A stretch of 64,000 nt of DNA, from positions 428,451 through 492,450 of the forward strand of contig JAHPZH010000003.1 of the NCBI GenBank assembly GCA_019058315.1, in the 5' to 3' direction. The stretch is from Candidatus Helarchaeota archaeon. GTDB taxonomy: Archaea > Asgardarchaeota > Lokiarchaeia > Helarchaeales > RDOG01. Shown here piece by piece: positions 10,728-21,490 of this stretch (the stretch's first letter is position 1; every line of letters starts with the position of its first letter). The notes under the pieces were generated by a model. It saw nothing but the letters and a program-made list of their open reading frames with translations, did not search any database and had not been told where the DNA came from. The translations under genes and the position numbers were made by a program.

Positions 10728-11474
10728 ATGATACGTTACTTTTTAATTCTAAAACGCTCTGGTGAAAATATCTATAAAAATTGTTTTGGTAATGTTGATA
10801 TTGATGAAAATGTAGTAAGTGGTTTTTTCTCGGCTTTTTTTACATTTACTCAAACTCTTTTTAGTGCAGATGTTCAAGATATAGAATTGGGTCCATATTC
10901 CATGTTATTTGAAATTGTAGAAAAAGAGATAATATTAGTCGCTATTTATGACAAAGCAGATTCTTTAATAAACGTTCAACAAAAATTAACTGATTTAAAA
11001 AACGTAATTAGCTTAGAATATGGAAGAAAAATAAAACAGAACGTTTGTGATACTGATGATTTTAAAGGAATAAATAGAATAGTTGAAAAGATAATTCTAG
11101 AGGAAAAGAAAGTTCAATTGGATGAAAAATCAAAGGCTCAATATACGCAATTATTAGGAGATTTTCGTTCAAATAATGAAATTGAAGATTGCTCTTTAAT
11201 CTCAATTACAGGAATCCCCTTGATATATGAAACGAAGAGAGAATTTTTAGATCTAATAATAAAACAGATGGATGCATTTTGGAAATTTAAGAGTGAGGTT
11301 TTAGACCAAATCATACTTTCATATGAAAATAGATATATAATTTTGGTTAAAATTAATGAAAATTTAGTTTTATCTGCTTTAATAAGAAGAAATACACCTA
11401 TAGGTCTTGCAACAATGCTAATTGAGGAGTATGCAACTAAAATAGCAAATATAGCAGATAGTAGGATATTTTAA
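10728..11474 (+). CDS. Longin-like N-terminal domain fused to a roadblock-like C-terminal domain
   Basis: MIRYFLILKRSGENIY...VSGFFSAFFTF (longin-like); SLISITGIPL...TPIGL (roadblock-like). Confidence 0.65.
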   Translation: MIRYFLILKRSGENIYKNCFGNVDIDENVVSGFFSAFFTFTQTLFSADVQDIELGPYSMLFEIVEKEIILVAIYDKADSLINVQQKLTDLKNVISLEYGRKIKQNVCDTDDFKGINRIVEKIILEEKKVQLDEKSKAQYTQLLGDFRSNNEIEDCSLISITGIPLIYETKREFLDLIIKQMDAFWKFKSEVLDQIILSYENRYIILVKINENLVLSALIRRNTPIGLATMLIEEYATKIANIADSRIF

Positions 11475-11498
11475 TGATAATTTCATTAGCTGGTTAAA

Positions 11499-11915
11499 AT
11501 GGGATTATTGTCTAGATTAAGGGAAATATTTTCTAGAAAATCACTTGATTCATTCAAAGAAATAGAATCTGAATTTGTTAAATTGAAGAAAAAAAGCAAT
11601 TCTGAGATTATTGCTTTAATTGGTATTGGTGGAAAACCAAAGGGTTTGCCATTAGTGTATGTATCAGAAGATGAGAAAGTTTTAAAGCGTTATGTTGCTA
11701 GGATAGCTGAATTAGTAAATCCACTTAATAATATAACGAATGATAAAAAAGTTAAGGATGTTGTTATTTTTTATGAGGATAGGGCTTTATATTTCAACCC
11801 ATTTATGGAAGATATTAGTTTTTTTGCAATATATAAAAATAGAAACGATTTATCAATTCTCCGTCAATGGATTGACGATAAATCACAAGAATTGAAAGAT
11901 ATTTTTCATACCTAA
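11499..11915 (+). CDS. Divergent roadblock/profilin-like small protein
   Basis: ALIG...GLPLV pattern, size and operon context. Confidence 0.4.
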   Translation: MGLLSRLREIFSRKSLDSFKEIESEFVKLKKKSNSEIIALIGIGGKPKGLPLVYVSEDEKVLKRYVARIAELVNPLNNITNDKKVKDVVIFYEDRALYFNPFMEDISFFAIYKNRNDLSILRQWIDDKSQELKDIFHT

Positions 11916-12039
11916 ATGGTAACATATTAAAAAGATAAATTTGTACTTTTAACTAATTCAATCAAATTATATTGATTTTTGAATATTATAAGATGCAAGA
12001 AAAAGTAATATGGGATAAATAAAAAAGGTGGTTATATAA

Positions 12040-12402
12040 GTGAGTAAAGTAGACGAAGCGCAGAAGATATTGATGGATCTTGAGGAGAGAGTTCCTGATA
12101 TAAAAGGATCTGCAATTATTAGGACTAATGGTTTAATTATAACATCTGCATTACCAAGTGAAGCAAATGAGAGAATGATCGCAGCTATGTCAGCTGCGCT
12201 TCTTGGCACCTCGAAGAGAGCTGCTGAAGCATTATTTCAAGGAACATTTACTAGTCTCAATTTAGAGCTTGATAAAGGTAATATGTTTCTAATGGGAGCA
12301 GGTAAAGTTATCTTAGTAGCATTAACAAAAAAAGATCCTAATATTGGATTAGTTACATTAGAAATGGAAGATACTAGTAAAAGATTAACTGATGTTTTCT
12401 AA
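12040..12402 (+). CDS. Roadblock/LC7 protein, copy 2
   Basis: Near-identical to 9840-10202. Confidence 0.9.
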   Translation: MSKVDEAQKILMDLEERVPDIKGSAIIRTNGLIITSALPSEANERMIAAMSAALLGTSKRAAEALFQGTFTSLNLELDKGNMFLMGAGKVILVALTKKDPNIGLVTLEMEDTSKRLTDVF

Positions 12403-12420
12403 AATTCGAGTGATCAGAAA

Positions 12421-12879
12421 TTGGAAAGCCAATTAAAGTTCGTAGCCGCACTCTTCAAAATGGCTATGAAAGAATTTGACAGAGTTATGGGACCAGAGTC
12501 AATTCAAACTATTTTTCGATTAATTGGGGAAAATCAAGGAGAATCTATCGAGTCAAGAATGAAAAAGAAGTATAATGTTGATAAATGGACACCCGAAAAC
12601 TTCGCCGAAAATTTAGTAAAGGATGTTCTTGAGCCAGTTCTGGGAAAGGGAAAAGTCAAATATGAAATTAAAGGAGATGAGTTAATATTTGATATTGGAG
12701 TTTGTCCCTTTAGAAGAGCAGGTATAAATATATCTAGCCAAGTTTTTTGTAATTATACGGAGGGGTTGATTGAGACCTCAGCCAAAAAAGCTTTAACAGA
12801 AAATATTGAATTTAACCCTCAACATTCAATTGCTAAGGGAGATTCAAGCTGTTTATTTAAACTTAAAATCAAAAAGTAA
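12421..12879 (+). CDS. V4R/MetOD1 protein, copy 2
   Basis: Paralog of 10219-10671 (MESQLKFVA.LFKMA, VCPF.RAG, C.YTEG). Confidence 0.7.
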   Translation: MESQLKFVAALFKMAMKEFDRVMGPESIQTIFRLIGENQGESIESRMKKKYNVDKWTPENFAENLVKDVLEPVLGKGKVKYEIKGDELIFDIGVCPFRRAGINISSQVFCNYTEGLIETSAKKALTENIEFNPQHSIAKGDSSCLFKLKIKK

Positions 12880-13050
12880 GTATAATTTCAAATTTGGGTT
12901 TTTAACCTAATTAATTATCTATTTTTTCTGCAAAAATTTTTTTAAATAATTTTAAAAATAATGAATAGAATATATAAATCCATAAATTAAACTAAAAATT
13001 TTCATTATTCGGTTTATTATTTCAATAAAGAATATTGAAGGGTAGAAAAA

Positions 13051-14955
13051 TTGAGTTATAACGCGGAATTTGACTTTAAGATTAAAGATATTTATTCTGG
13101 TTCTTCTGAAACTTTTCCAACCCTAGAGGAGATATTTTCATCAAAATATAGGATTAAAATTCTAAATGTTCTAGCAGATGAAGATGATTTAAGTATAACT
13201 GAAATTTCAAACCGCTGTGACATACCGTACCTTACTTGTGCGACGCATTTGAAATATTTAAGTTCTCAGAATATCCTTAAAGAGAGACTTGAAGAGAAAA
13301 TTGAAATTTATCAATTTCGTAAAGAAAATGAAAATATTAGAGCGTTAAAGCATTTTATCAAACTTTGGAATTTCTATACAGAAGAGGCACATTATGAAGG
13401 ACATAAAAGAAAGACAGAAGCTTGGAAAACCCGGCATATTTATATTAATGGTAGGCCCGCACATTCAATTGAAGAAGCTAAAAATAATCTTCGAAAATAC
13501 TTAGAAAAGCATAAAGAATTACCCCCACATCCAGAAATTCCAGAAAATGCAAAGAAAGCCCTTGCCAAAGTTGAAAAAGATAAAGAACGATATCGAGTTT
13601 ATTTTGATTTATTGAGTGATAAGAGCCTTCATTTTTTAGATATACACACAAAAAATAAGCACATTGAAGCAAAATGGATAGTTGTACCACGAATTATTGA
13701 GAGTCTGCAGGATAAATGGTCAGTAGAAGAAGCATTAGAAGCACTTGAGATTGAAATGAAGTCAAGTCATTATCGCATAGTAAATGAGCTTTATGTTAAT
13801 ATTCTTGATACTTTAAATCAAGAAGAGGAAGTTGAGCTATTGAGAAAATACTGGCAACTTATCATTGAAAAACATAAAGAGATTTTACAACCTTATTTCT
13901 GGAGTGATATTCCAAAAATTGTGAGGAATTCACTTCATCAATCAACTGCTATAGTGCGTGCTATGGCATTTGATACAAATAGTAAAGATCCTCAATATAA
14001 TGCCGAATCTAAAAGACTTCTTGAAAAAATGGTAGATTTATTTTCTGAAAAAAATGAAAAAGATGAATGGCATTATCTTATCGGCACTTTATTATTTGAT
14101 AGGTATTATTACTTTCCCAGTTTTAGTGGTAGGGGCTTAGCTGAAATGTTTAATATGTATTATTCTCATAAAACACTCAATGCTTCAGCAATAGTTATGT
14201 TTAATCGAATTATTGATACTTCGCACTGGGCCGATACAGTTGCGACCCGAATATTAGAAGATCGTAGTCCAATGGAGATTGGGGAGTGGTTAAGTGAAGA
14301 TTTAAGGGGATTAATGGCGGCTCATCTAGTAAAGGGATATGTACAAAAGGATGAAATATATTACTTTTTAAAAACCCTCAAAACTTCCATCTATGATTTA
14401 ATTAAAGGTAGAGCTAGTTTTGGTAAAATACTTTTAGTATTGATGAAAGTTCATAATTCACTCAAAGAAAAAGTAGAGCAGACCCTAATGAACTTTGTAA
14501 CCTCTAGTGATTTAAAATCACTAGGTGGTAAAGGATTTATTGAATCAATAATGAGATTTAATAAAGATGAGAAGGAGAAAATTTTAGATTTTCTTTCTGA
14601 AGAAGGTCGTGGTTCATATCTACTTCAACTTCTTAAGTTATCAAATCCAAATTCCGAAACCTTTTCTGATATTGAAAATAAAGATGAAAAACAAGATCTG
14701 GCTAAGTTGGCTCGCAACGAGTTAGAACAAGTAGTGAATATGGTTAATAAAATTTGGGCCAAAGATGATACAATAATGGCTGGCTTTAAAGATACTGATG
14801 AAAAAACTTTAGAATGGGCGACAATTGATTGTTTAAAAATGATTCAACAGATTCTTGAAGACGGTTGGACTTTCCCTGAAGAGACCAATTTAATAATAAA
14901 ATGTAAAAATGCTATTGAATTAATAAAAAAAGGTAATGGTTCAGCACTGTTTTAA
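13051..14955 (+). CDS. N-terminal ArsR-like wHTH fused to a large helical domain of unknown function
   Basis: LEEIFSSKYRIKILNVL...LSITEIS...HLKYL. Confidence 0.6.
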   Translation: MSYNAEFDFKIKDIYSGSSETFPTLEEIFSSKYRIKILNVLADEDDLSITEISNRCDIPYLTCATHLKYLSSQNILKERLEEKIEIYQFRKENENIRALKHFIKLWNFYTEEAHYEGHKRKTEAWKTRHIYINGRPAHSIEEAKNNLRKYLEKHKELPPHPEIPENAKKALAKVEKDKERYRVYFDLLSDKSLHFLDIHTKNKHIEAKWIVVPRIIESLQDKWSVEEALEALEIEMKSSHYRIVNELYVNILDTLNQEEEVELLRKYWQLIIEKHKEILQPYFWSDIPKIVRNSLHQSTAIVRAMAFDTNSKDPQYNAESKRLLEKMVDLFSEKNEKDEWHYLIGTLLFDRYYYFPSFSGRGLAEMFNMYYSHKTLNASAIVMFNRIIDTSHWADTVATRILEDRSPMEIGEWLSEDLRGLMAAHLVKGYVQKDEIYYFLKTLKTSIYDLIKGRASFGKILLVLMKVHNSLKEKVEQTLMNFVTSSDLKSLGGKGFIESIMRFNKDEKEKILDFLSEEGRGSYLLQLLKLSNPNSETFSDIENKDEKQDLAKLARNELEQVVNMVNKIWAKDDTIMAGFKDTDEKTLEWATIDCLKMIQQILEDGWTFPEETNLIIKCKNAIELIKKGNGSALF

Positions 14956-14989
14956 TTTACTTTATTCTATAAAAGTTTTATAATGAGAT

Positions 14990-15505
14990 TTACTCTTCAA
15001 TCGTGAATTCCCAAGCACACCAATAATCTTCTGGGTGATCGTCGGGAGGGCATGCAATACAACGAGTTTTTATTCTGGGATCGATTGTTTTTGCAAAATT
15101 ACCATATTCTACCAGACCAACAGGTTTACATGGAAAATCAGTCAGTCCTTTTCGCTTTCTTGCGGATTGAACTCGACAATCATTCATGCGAAAAACACAC
15201 CTCTTCTCGCTAATTTCAATAGTTTCTTGGATATTTACATGTGCATATAAACGATATTTTAAAGCTTTAACCAGTCCAGGGATTCCACTACCCCGCTTAA
15301 TATTCATACGTTTCATTATCCTGGTAGCTTCAAGGACTGTAAATTTTTCCCATGCGTTTCTATCCAATTCAATTGCTTTATCTATGCCCAGCTCTTTTTC
15401 CACCTCTAGAAACCATAAACCATCATGTGCTAGCCAATTTTTAGCAGCATCAGTTAACAATCCAATTAATTCTTCTTTTGTGAGCTTGAATAATTCGGAA
15501 CTCAA
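14990..15505 (-). CDS. DUF6125-family protein
   Basis: NWLAHDGLWF, CRVQ.AR, FPCK, CIACPPD.HP...WCAWEF. Confidence 0.75.
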   Translation of the reverse strand: MSSELFKLTKEELIGLLTDAAKNWLAHDGLWFLEVEKELGIDKAIELDRNAWEKFTVLEATRIMKRMNIKRGSGIPGLVKALKYRLYAHVNIQETIEISEKRCVFRMNDCRVQSARKRKGLTDFPCKPVGLVEYGNFAKTIDPRIKTRCIACPPDDHPEDYWCAWEFTIEE

Positions 15506-15604
15506 TTCTAATCACTTCAAATTAATAATTTTTGATAAATTTATAAATTTGTAAGGTAATAATTTACCATTTACTGATGAATAAAAAACAAAATTTATGT
15601 AGGT

Positions 15605-16780
15605 TTGATGATAATGGCGATTCCACCAGATATAGATCAAGAGGAAATTGATGCTGTCGTTAAAGTATTAAAAAGTAAAAAATTAACCGCTTTATCAGGA
15701 CGTCAGATTAAAAAATTTGAAAAACAATTCGCAAAATATTGCGGGACAAAATATGCAATTGCTGTAAATTCTGGTACAGCTGCCATTCATGTCGCACTTG
15801 CAGCATTAGAAGTTGGTCCAGGAGATGAGGTAATTGTACCTCCTTATACGTTCGTTGCATCTGCCACACCAGTCCTTCATAATAACGCGATCCCTATTTT
15901 TGCTGATATTGATAAAAAAACTTACTGTCTAGATCCTGAAGATGTTAAAAAGAGGATTTCAGATAAAACTGTTGGAATTATTCCAGTTCACTTATTTGGA
16001 CACCCTGCAGAAATGGATAGCATTCTTGAAATTGCTGAAAAACATAATTTGTTTGTATTGGAGGATTCGTGTCAAGCTCATGGCGCAGAATATAAAGGAA
16101 AGAAAGTGGGTTCACTAGGGAATGCTGGATGTTTCAGTTTCTTTGAATCCAAAAATATGATGACGGGAGAAGGTGGGATCATAACCACTAATGACGATGA
16201 ATTACTAGAACAAGCGAGATTAATACGATGGCATGGAGAACCAGCTCAATATCGTTATAAACGATTAGGGTATAATTATCGAATGACCGAAATTCAAGCC
16301 GCTCTTGGTCTTGTACAACTTAAGAAATTAGATAAATTTAATGAAATAAGAATTAAAAACGCTGATTATCTAAATGAAAAATTGGAACCGATTGAAGGGA
16401 TTCAAATCCCATATGTTGCTCCAGAAGTTAAACATGTTTTCCATGTTTACGCACCATTACTTAAAGCTGATAAAATTGGTATTTCAAATGATGAATTTAT
16501 GAAACGATTGCAAGAAATTATTCCATTTATAAGACCAATTTATCCAGATCCCTTATATACCGAATCAATTTTCGTTGAAAAAAATGCCTATAAATATAAA
16601 TGTCCGTTTTCTTGCCCTTATTACGATAAAGAGCTTGATTATTCAAAAATTTCTCTTCCAGTTGTGGAAGAAATTTGTGAACGGATTATTGGACTTCCCA
16701 CAATGCCTGGAATCACTGGAAAACTGCTAGATGAAGTTATAAAAAATATTCGGAAGATTATAAAAGAAATTAAAAAATAA
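15605..16780 (+). CDS. DegT/DnrJ/EryC1/StrS PLP-dependent aminotransferase
   Basis: NSGTAA, EDSCQAHG, SFFESKNM.TGEGG, GYNYRM. Confidence 0.92.
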   Translation: MMIMAIPPDIDQEEIDAVVKVLKSKKLTALSGRQIKKFEKQFAKYCGTKYAIAVNSGTAAIHVALAALEVGPGDEVIVPPYTFVASATPVLHNNAIPIFADIDKKTYCLDPEDVKKRISDKTVGIIPVHLFGHPAEMDSILEIAEKHNLFVLEDSCQAHGAEYKGKKVGSLGNAGCFSFFESKNMMTGEGGIITTNDDELLEQARLIRWHGEPAQYRYKRLGYNYRMTEIQAALGLVQLKKLDKFNEIRIKNADYLNEKLEPIEGIQIPYVAPEVKHVFHVYAPLLKADKIGISNDEFMKRLQEIIPFIRPIYPDPLYTESIFVEKNAYKYKCPFSCPYYDKELDYSKISLPVVEEICERIIGLPTMPGITGKLLDEVIKNIRKIIKEIKK

Positions 16781-16940
16781 GAAAAATTTTAACGACAGAT
16801 TATTAATAATAGGTAAAATTATAACGAAAAAAATAAAAACTTGGCAGAAATAATGCATTATGCTAATGGCATCACATATATAATGAGAATATTAAATTTG
16901 GCTTAAAAAGTAAAATGTTGAGCGCACGGTAGATAAAAAG

Positions 16941-17249
16941 ATGTCCCCCAACGAAGTGAAATTCGGATTGATTCCGCTTGTAATTGGAATTATATTAACT
17001 GTTGGTTGCATATTAAGCTTTATCGTAGTTATTATATCACCACCAATCGGTTGGGAACTTTTGGATTTTATTATTTTATTAATAATGCTAATAATTGGAG
17101 TTATTTTGATAATCGGTGGAATAATTATCTTGTTTAAAGATCCCGATTGGTATATTGAGCTACCTGAAACTCCCTTATTAACCACATTTATTCAATTATT
17201 TTCCTTTTTATATAAAAAAATTTTCAAATTTTTACAGCATCAATTTTAA
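16941..17249 (+). CDS. Small 2-TM membrane protein
   Basis: Two long hydrophobic segments. Confidence 0.5.
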   Translation: MSPNEVKFGLIPLVIGIILTVGCILSFIVVIISPPIGWELLDFIILLIMLIIGVILIIGGIIILFKDPDWYIELPETPLLTTFIQLFSFLYKKIFKFLQHQF

Positions 17250-17280
17250 TTTTGCTGAAATAATGCTCTTTCACCAAGTT

Positions 17281-18408
17281 TCAGTAATTTTCTTTTAAAT
17301 GGGGTATTATTTCATCAGTTAACATTTGAAAAACATGTTCCCACGTAAAAGGTTTTGGTTTCTTTTTTAGTTCATTATCTATCATTAATACGAAATTTTG
17401 TACCCCAGTTTTAATTAAACTCTCAAGTTTCTTAATTATTTCTTCTTTAGTGCCCATTAATGCGGAGTTACGGATGAAATCATTTGGGATATCACTTACA
17501 ATTTGATTTATTATATTAAAATCTATGTTATCTATACTATTATACTGCAACGGATTTAAGGTATCTGGGTTGAATCCTAGCTTTGCATACAGATCTCTTT
17601 TTTCTTCTTTCCAGAACCCTAAAGGTTTTAGAGAATATGGGTGCTGAAGTGCCAAAGTCAATTTTTTTTCTGCAGTATAACCATCTAATGCAGCTTCATT
17701 TTCATTAATATAAATCCAATTCCAATAACCAAATGTAAACTCCTCTATATTCCTATTATTTTTCCGGAGACTATCTTTTACCTCTTCCATTTCTTTTTTA
17801 TAAGTATCAGGACTAAAGGAATAAGGAATCCACCCATCAGCAATTTCACCTGTTAATTTCCTAGTTCTTGGACCATTAGCACCGATCCAAATTGGAATAG
17901 ATTCTTGAACAGTTTTTGGTTGCAAAATAGCATCTTTAAAATTATAAAATTCCCCATCAAAACTTGCTTTTTTACCGCCAGCTTCCCAAAGTGTCTTTAG
18001 CACCATGATAAACTCTTTCATCTTCGAAACCGGTTTTCTTTTATCGATCCCGTAATTATCAAGGTTCCATGCCTCTCCTGGTCCTATACCGAATATGAAT
18101 CTCCCATTTGAAATGTGATCTAGTGTCATTACTATTTGTGCCATAACTTGCGGAAGATATCGGTGCGGATCTGTAACTGCGGTTCCAAAATGGACTTTTG
18201 ATTTTAATTCAGCAAAAATAGGGAACAATAACCAGACATTATAATTACGATATGGAGAAGTAGGAGGAATCCCACCTAAATGATCACCCAACCAAATAGA
18301 ATCCCAGACATCCTCATTAATTCCCTTTACAAAGTCCCTATACCTTTCCCAAGTTTTCGAAGTATAAGTTTCTAAACTCATATCTATGCCAAATTTTATA
18401 TTTGTCAT
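17281..18408 (-). CDS. LLM-class (luciferase-like, possibly F420-dependent) oxidoreductase
   Basis: WLGDH, GTAVT, LDHISNGRFIFGIGPG, PIWIGANGP, ADGW. Confidence 0.9.
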   Translation of the reverse strand: MTNIKFGIDMSLETYTSKTWERYRDFVKGINEDVWDSIWLGDHLGGIPPTSPYRNYNVWLLFPIFAELKSKVHFGTAVTDPHRYLPQVMAQIVMTLDHISNGRFIFGIGPGEAWNLDNYGIDKRKPVSKMKEFIMVLKTLWEAGGKKASFDGEFYNFKDAILQPKTVQESIPIWIGANGPRTRKLTGEIADGWIPYSFSPDTYKKEMEEVKDSLRKNNRNIEEFTFGYWNWIYINENEAALDGYTAEKKLTLALQHPYSLKPLGFWKEEKRDLYAKLGFNPDTLNPLQYNSIDNIDFNIINQIVSDIPNDFIRNSALMGTKEEIIKKLESLIKTGVQNFVLMIDNELKKKPKPFTWEHVFQMLTDEIIPHLKENY

Positions 18409-18424
18409 TTTTTATCCACACATT

Positions 18425-19162
18425 TTAATTAGTTAATCCATATTTTGCCATCATTTGTTTTTTATAGTTTTTCCTAATTTTTTGCCAAAAATAAAATCCA
18501 GTCCACATTATGATTAAACTTAAGGCTGCACCCAGAATTATTAAAATAAAGTCTAGAGACGTAATAATTAGTGCAGCAGTCGTTCCACCCCAATTTATTA
18601 ACGGAGGGGAAATAAAATAATAAACTGTAGCGATTAAGATACCAAAAATAGCTCCAAAAATAACATCAAGTGGATAATGAGCACCTAAATAGACTCTGCT
18701 AATACCGACTATACATGAAAATATGTATAAAATAAAAGCCCATTCAAGTCCTCCCCAGATCAATATAGTGACTCCAAGAAATGCCCTATGAACGTGGGCT
18801 GAAGGAAAAGAGGGAGTAATTTCCCAGCTACGGACTATTAATTCTCCTTCCTTAACATTTAGAGTTTGAAAAGGTCTTTTTCTTCCAAATAAATGTTGTA
18901 AAATATTGGATACTATTAAATCAATTAGCATTCCTAGTCCTAATAATACAGATAATCTAAATGGTTCTATACCTAAGCCAAGTTTTATTAGGATGTTAGG
19001 CGTTTGAGCACCCATCAAGGCGAAATAGCCTACTGCTAAAAACCAGAAAAAAATATTTCCAAAATATCCTAAAAACCGTAAAATTATTTCTGCATATTTC
19101 GAATCAATTAAATTTAATTTAGATATAATCTTCAATTCAAAATCTTTGGGCTCATCTAACAT
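18425..19162 (-). CDS. PAP2-family membrane phosphatase
   Basis: RKRP, SFPSAH, SRVYLGAHYPLDV. Confidence 0.9.
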   Translation of the reverse strand: MLDEPKDFELKIISKLNLIDSKYAEIILRFLGYFGNIFFWFLAVGYFALMGAQTPNILIKLGLGIEPFRLSVLLGLGMLIDLIVSNILQHLFGRKRPFQTLNVKEGELIVRSWEITPSFPSAHVHRAFLGVTILIWGGLEWAFILYIFSCIVGISRVYLGAHYPLDVIFGAIFGILIATVYYFISPPLINWGGTTAALIITSLDFILIILGAALSLIIMWTGFYFWQKIRKNYKKQMMAKYGLTN

Positions 19163-19289
19163 AAAAATTCACAATTAATTTTGGACTCTTTAATATAAAT
19201 TCTTTATTTAGTAATACTTCTTAAATATAGCATAATACATAAAAATCAGAAAAAAAAGAGAAAAAAAGACTAATAATTCATAATAGGGG

Positions 19290-19850
19290 TTATTTTGGAG
19301 CCGATAAGAATTTTATTCCTTCTAAGCTAAGAATATCTGCTTTATGGACGTTTCTCATTTGTTTAATTGCCCAGTCTGTATCTTCTTGAGTAAGTCCAGC
19401 TACTCCATCTTCCATTACTACAACATGATAACCTCTTTGTGACGCATCAGCACTCGTATACATAACACAGATGTTTGTCAATACCCCAGTAAGAATGACC
19501 ATCTTTACTCCCAATTCCCGCAACCATAAATCTAGATCAGTACCGTAGAATCCTGAGTACCTTCGTTTTGGAATGAATATTTCACCTTTATCCAAATTAG
19601 GTTTCAATTCATCAACAACTTCAGCACCTTTAGTACCTTTAACACAATGAGGAGGCCAGATTTTAAACTCTGGATCGGTTTCACTATGATTATCTGCTAA
19701 ATAAATGATGGGCCAACTCTTGGATCTAGCAAATTTCAAGATTTCTTGGACTTTAGGAATGATTTTACGTCCTTCCGGAACCTCTAATGGGGCTCCTTCG
19801 TTTAGAAAGTCGTTTAACATATCAATAATAAGTAGTGCTCTATATGACAT
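19290..19850 (-). CDS. Isochorismatase-family cysteine hydrolase (nicotinamidase-like)
   Basis: IDMLNDF, WPPHC, KRRYSGF, TNICV. Confidence 0.9.
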   Translation of the reverse strand: MSYRALLIIDMLNDFLNEGAPLEVPEGRKIIPKVQEILKFARSKSWPIIYLADNHSETDPEFKIWPPHCVKGTKGAEVVDELKPNLDKGEIFIPKRRYSGFYGTDLDLWLRELGVKMVILTGVLTNICVMYTSADASQRGYHVVVMEDGVAGLTQEDTDWAIKQMRNVHKADILSLEGIKFLSAPK

Positions 19851-19958
19851 TTTGAATTATTCCAAATATTATATAATTAATTTAAATAATTAATTTTTAT
19901 TATTGAGAAAATATTTAATTTTTATTTTTAAAATTTAAGATTTTATAAGGGATTATTT

Positions 19959-21461
19959 ATGAGCGAAAAATATCTTCTATCATATGATGTGGGTACAGGA
20001 GGAACAAAAGCTTCCTTGATAAATTTAGAAGGGAGAATTATTGATTCTAGTTTCGAAGAATATGAACTATATCATCCTCAAGAGTCCTGGGCGGAACAGA
20101 ACCCCAATGAATGGTGGAATGCAGTAATTAAAACCACACGAGAAGTACTTGATAAAACTAAAATTTCGGCAAATGCAATTGGGGGTATTTCATTCAGTGT
20201 TCAAATGGTAGGAACTCTACCTGTAGATAAACAAGGAAATCCAGTAAGAAATGCAATAATTTGGTTAGATGCAAGAGCTAAAAAAGAACCAGATGAAATA
20301 ATGGAAAAAATTGATTTAAACACCATTTTTGAAATAACAGGCTTACTTCCAGGACCAAAGGACATAATATCGAAAATTGTTTGGTTTATGAATAATGAAC
20401 CTCATTTATATGAAAAAACCCATAAAATTATCGATAGTAAAGATTTTCTAATTCATAAATGTACAAATAAATTTATTACAGACCAATCTTGTGCTTCGGT
20501 TAGTGTTCTATTTGATACTCGAAAAGATAAACTTCGGTGGTCAGATGAAATATGTAAAGCAATCAATTTACCCATGGATAAGCTGTCTAAAATAATGAAA
20601 TCAACAGATATTGTGGGTGAATTAACTGAAAAAGCAGCAAATGAATTAAATCTAAAAGGTGGTACATCTGTCATAAACGGTGCTGGAGATGCAGCATGTG
20701 CTGCGATAGGATCTGGTGCCATTAGAGAAAATAAGCCTCATATTTATATCGGATCATCCGGTTGGATTACCGCCCATATTTCAAAGAGAGATGCTTCCCT
20801 TGAATATTTTATAGGTTCCATATGTAGTGCTAATCCATCCCATTATCTTTTAATATCCGAACAAGAGAGTGCAGGTACTTGTTATAAATGGTTTCAAACA
20901 GAGTTAGGAAATAACCAAACATACCAAGAATTAGATAAAATTGCATCTGAAAGTGTTCCTGGAGCTAATAATTTAATCTTTTTACCTTGGATTTATGGAG
21001 AAAGAAGTCCAATTTTAGATGATAAAGTAAGAGGTGGTTTTATTAATCTAAGTTTAACTCATAAAAGAAAAGATCTTATTAGAAGTGTTATGGAGGGGGT
21101 GGCGTATAATGCTAGATGGGCGATGCAAGGTATCGAAAAATTATGTGGTAGTGTTGCAGAAATTAATGTAATAGGCGGTGGTGTAAAAAGTCCTGTCTGG
21201 TGCCAAATCTTTGCTGATGTTCTTAATAAAAAAGTCCGAGTTCCTGACGAACCACTTCATGCAGGTGCAAAAGGGGCAGCTTTATTGGCTCTAATTGGTC
21301 TTAATATATGCAAAAATTTTGAGGAATTGGAAAATTTAATAAAAATTAAAAAAGAGTATTCTCCAAATGAAGCAAATCTCATAGTTTATAACTCAATTTT
21401 CAAACAATTTACTAAAATTTATAAAAAAATGTCAGGAATCTTTCATAAATTAAATGAATAA
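19959..21461 (+). CDS. FGGY-family sugar kinase (xylulokinase-like)
   Basis: DVGTGGTK, IIWLDARA, GAGD, GERSP, EGVAY, GGG. Confidence 0.88.
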   Translation: MSEKYLLSYDVGTGGTKASLINLEGRIIDSSFEEYELYHPQESWAEQNPNEWWNAVIKTTREVLDKTKISANAIGGISFSVQMVGTLPVDKQGNPVRNAIIWLDARAKKEPDEIMEKIDLNTIFEITGLLPGPKDIISKIVWFMNNEPHLYEKTHKIIDSKDFLIHKCTNKFITDQSCASVSVLFDTRKDKLRWSDEICKAINLPMDKLSKIMKSTDIVGELTEKAANELNLKGGTSVINGAGDAACAAIGSGAIRENKPHIYIGSSGWITAHISKRDASLEYFIGSICSANPSHYLLISEQESAGTCYKWFQTELGNNQTYQELDKIASESVPGANNLIFLPWIYGERSPILDDKVRGGFINLSLTHKRKDLIRSVMEGVAYNARWAMQGIEKLCGSVAEINVIGGGVKSPVWCQIFADVLNKKVRVPDEPLHAGAKGAALLALIGLNICKNFEELENLIKIKKEYSPNEANLIVYNSIFKQFTKIYKKMSGIFHKLNE

Positions 21462-21490
21462 GATAAAAAATCTTATAATCTATTTAGAAA

